Origin: a virus
Taxonomy: Duplodnaviria > Heunggongvirae > Uroviricota > Caudoviricetes
IMG/VR virus record: IMGVR_UViG_2585427776_000006
Direction: 5' to 3' (one strand)
DNA length: 5,817 nt
Part shown: positions 5,697 through 5,817 of the stretch, piece by piece
Position numbering within the stretch: position 1 is the first letter of the stretch
How the letters are laid out: each line of letters begins with the position of its first letter
The notes under the pieces: generated by a model
The model's input: only the letters and a program-made list of their open reading frames with translations
The model's database searches: none
Told to the model about the DNA's origin: nothing
Program-made: the position numbers and the translations under genes

Positions 5697-5817
5697 TGCC
5701 ACTGCTGGATAAGCTGCGTGAGCAGTACGGGGTCGGACCGCTATGCAGCGAACTGCATATTGCCCCGTCAACGTATTACCACTGTCAGCAACAGCGACAT
5801 CATCCGGATAAACGCAG
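5693..5817 (+). CDS. IS3-family transposase OrfB (catalytic part), N-terminal fragment truncated by the window end
   Basis: Translation [41 protein letters not shown]... in the -1 frame relative to orfA. An A6 run (5688-5693) at the orfA/orfB junction is a candidate programmed -1 frameshift site. Confidence 0.85.
   Translation, partial: MMPLLDKLREQYGVGPLCSELHIAPSTYYHCQQQRHHPDKR

Larger units (their letters stand above)
5316..5817 (+). mobile_element. IS3-family insertion sequence (IS629/IS1203-like), left end through orfA into orfB, continuing beyond the window
   Basis: A TGAAC-starting terminal sequence lies about 55 bp upstream of orfA. The orfA and orfB translations match IS3-family transposase parts as I recall them. 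orfB starts in the -1 frame overlapping the orfA stop. Confidence 0.85.

Noticed and set aside
5451-5771. Minus-strand 106-aa ORF inside the IS element
   Set aside because: Antisense to the recognisable IS3-family orfA and orfB; a shadow ORF.
1-5817. tRNA, rRNA or CRISPR arrays
   Set aside because: No regularly spaced direct repeats and no tRNA-like cloverleaf candidates were noticed on manual reading.

Overview
The window is a lambdoid prophage early-left region interrupted by a foreign two-gene cassette and an insertion sequence. (1) Minus strand, 1-3020: a tightly coupled operon encoding a Kil-position small protein, Gam (short 98-aa form), Bet and Exo (the lambda Red module, recognised from the translated ORFs), then a 53-aa ORF, a phage Dam-family N6-adenine methyltransferase (NPPY motif), a 27-aa hydrophobic peptide and a further ORF that runs off the window start. 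(2) Plus strand, about 3120-5040: a visibly AT-rich cassette, transcribed divergently from the phage operon, with its own candidate promoter and RBS. It encodes an unrecognised 343-aa protein overlapping a 209-aa NADAR (YbiA-like) domain protein, and is flanked by a 9-bp exact direct repeat (AATTAACTG). This is the candidate undescribed system: a putative toxin/effector plus an ADP-ribosyl/N-glycoside hydrolase partner, sitting in the classic lambdoid accessory slot between the kil/gam side and the N/pL side. (3) 5316 to window end: the left end of an IS3-family element (IS629/IS1203-like by recollection) with a complete orfA and the start of orfB. No rRNA, tRNA or CRISPR array was seen. All calls rest on reading the sequence and ORF translations plus recalled family motifs; no database search was run.
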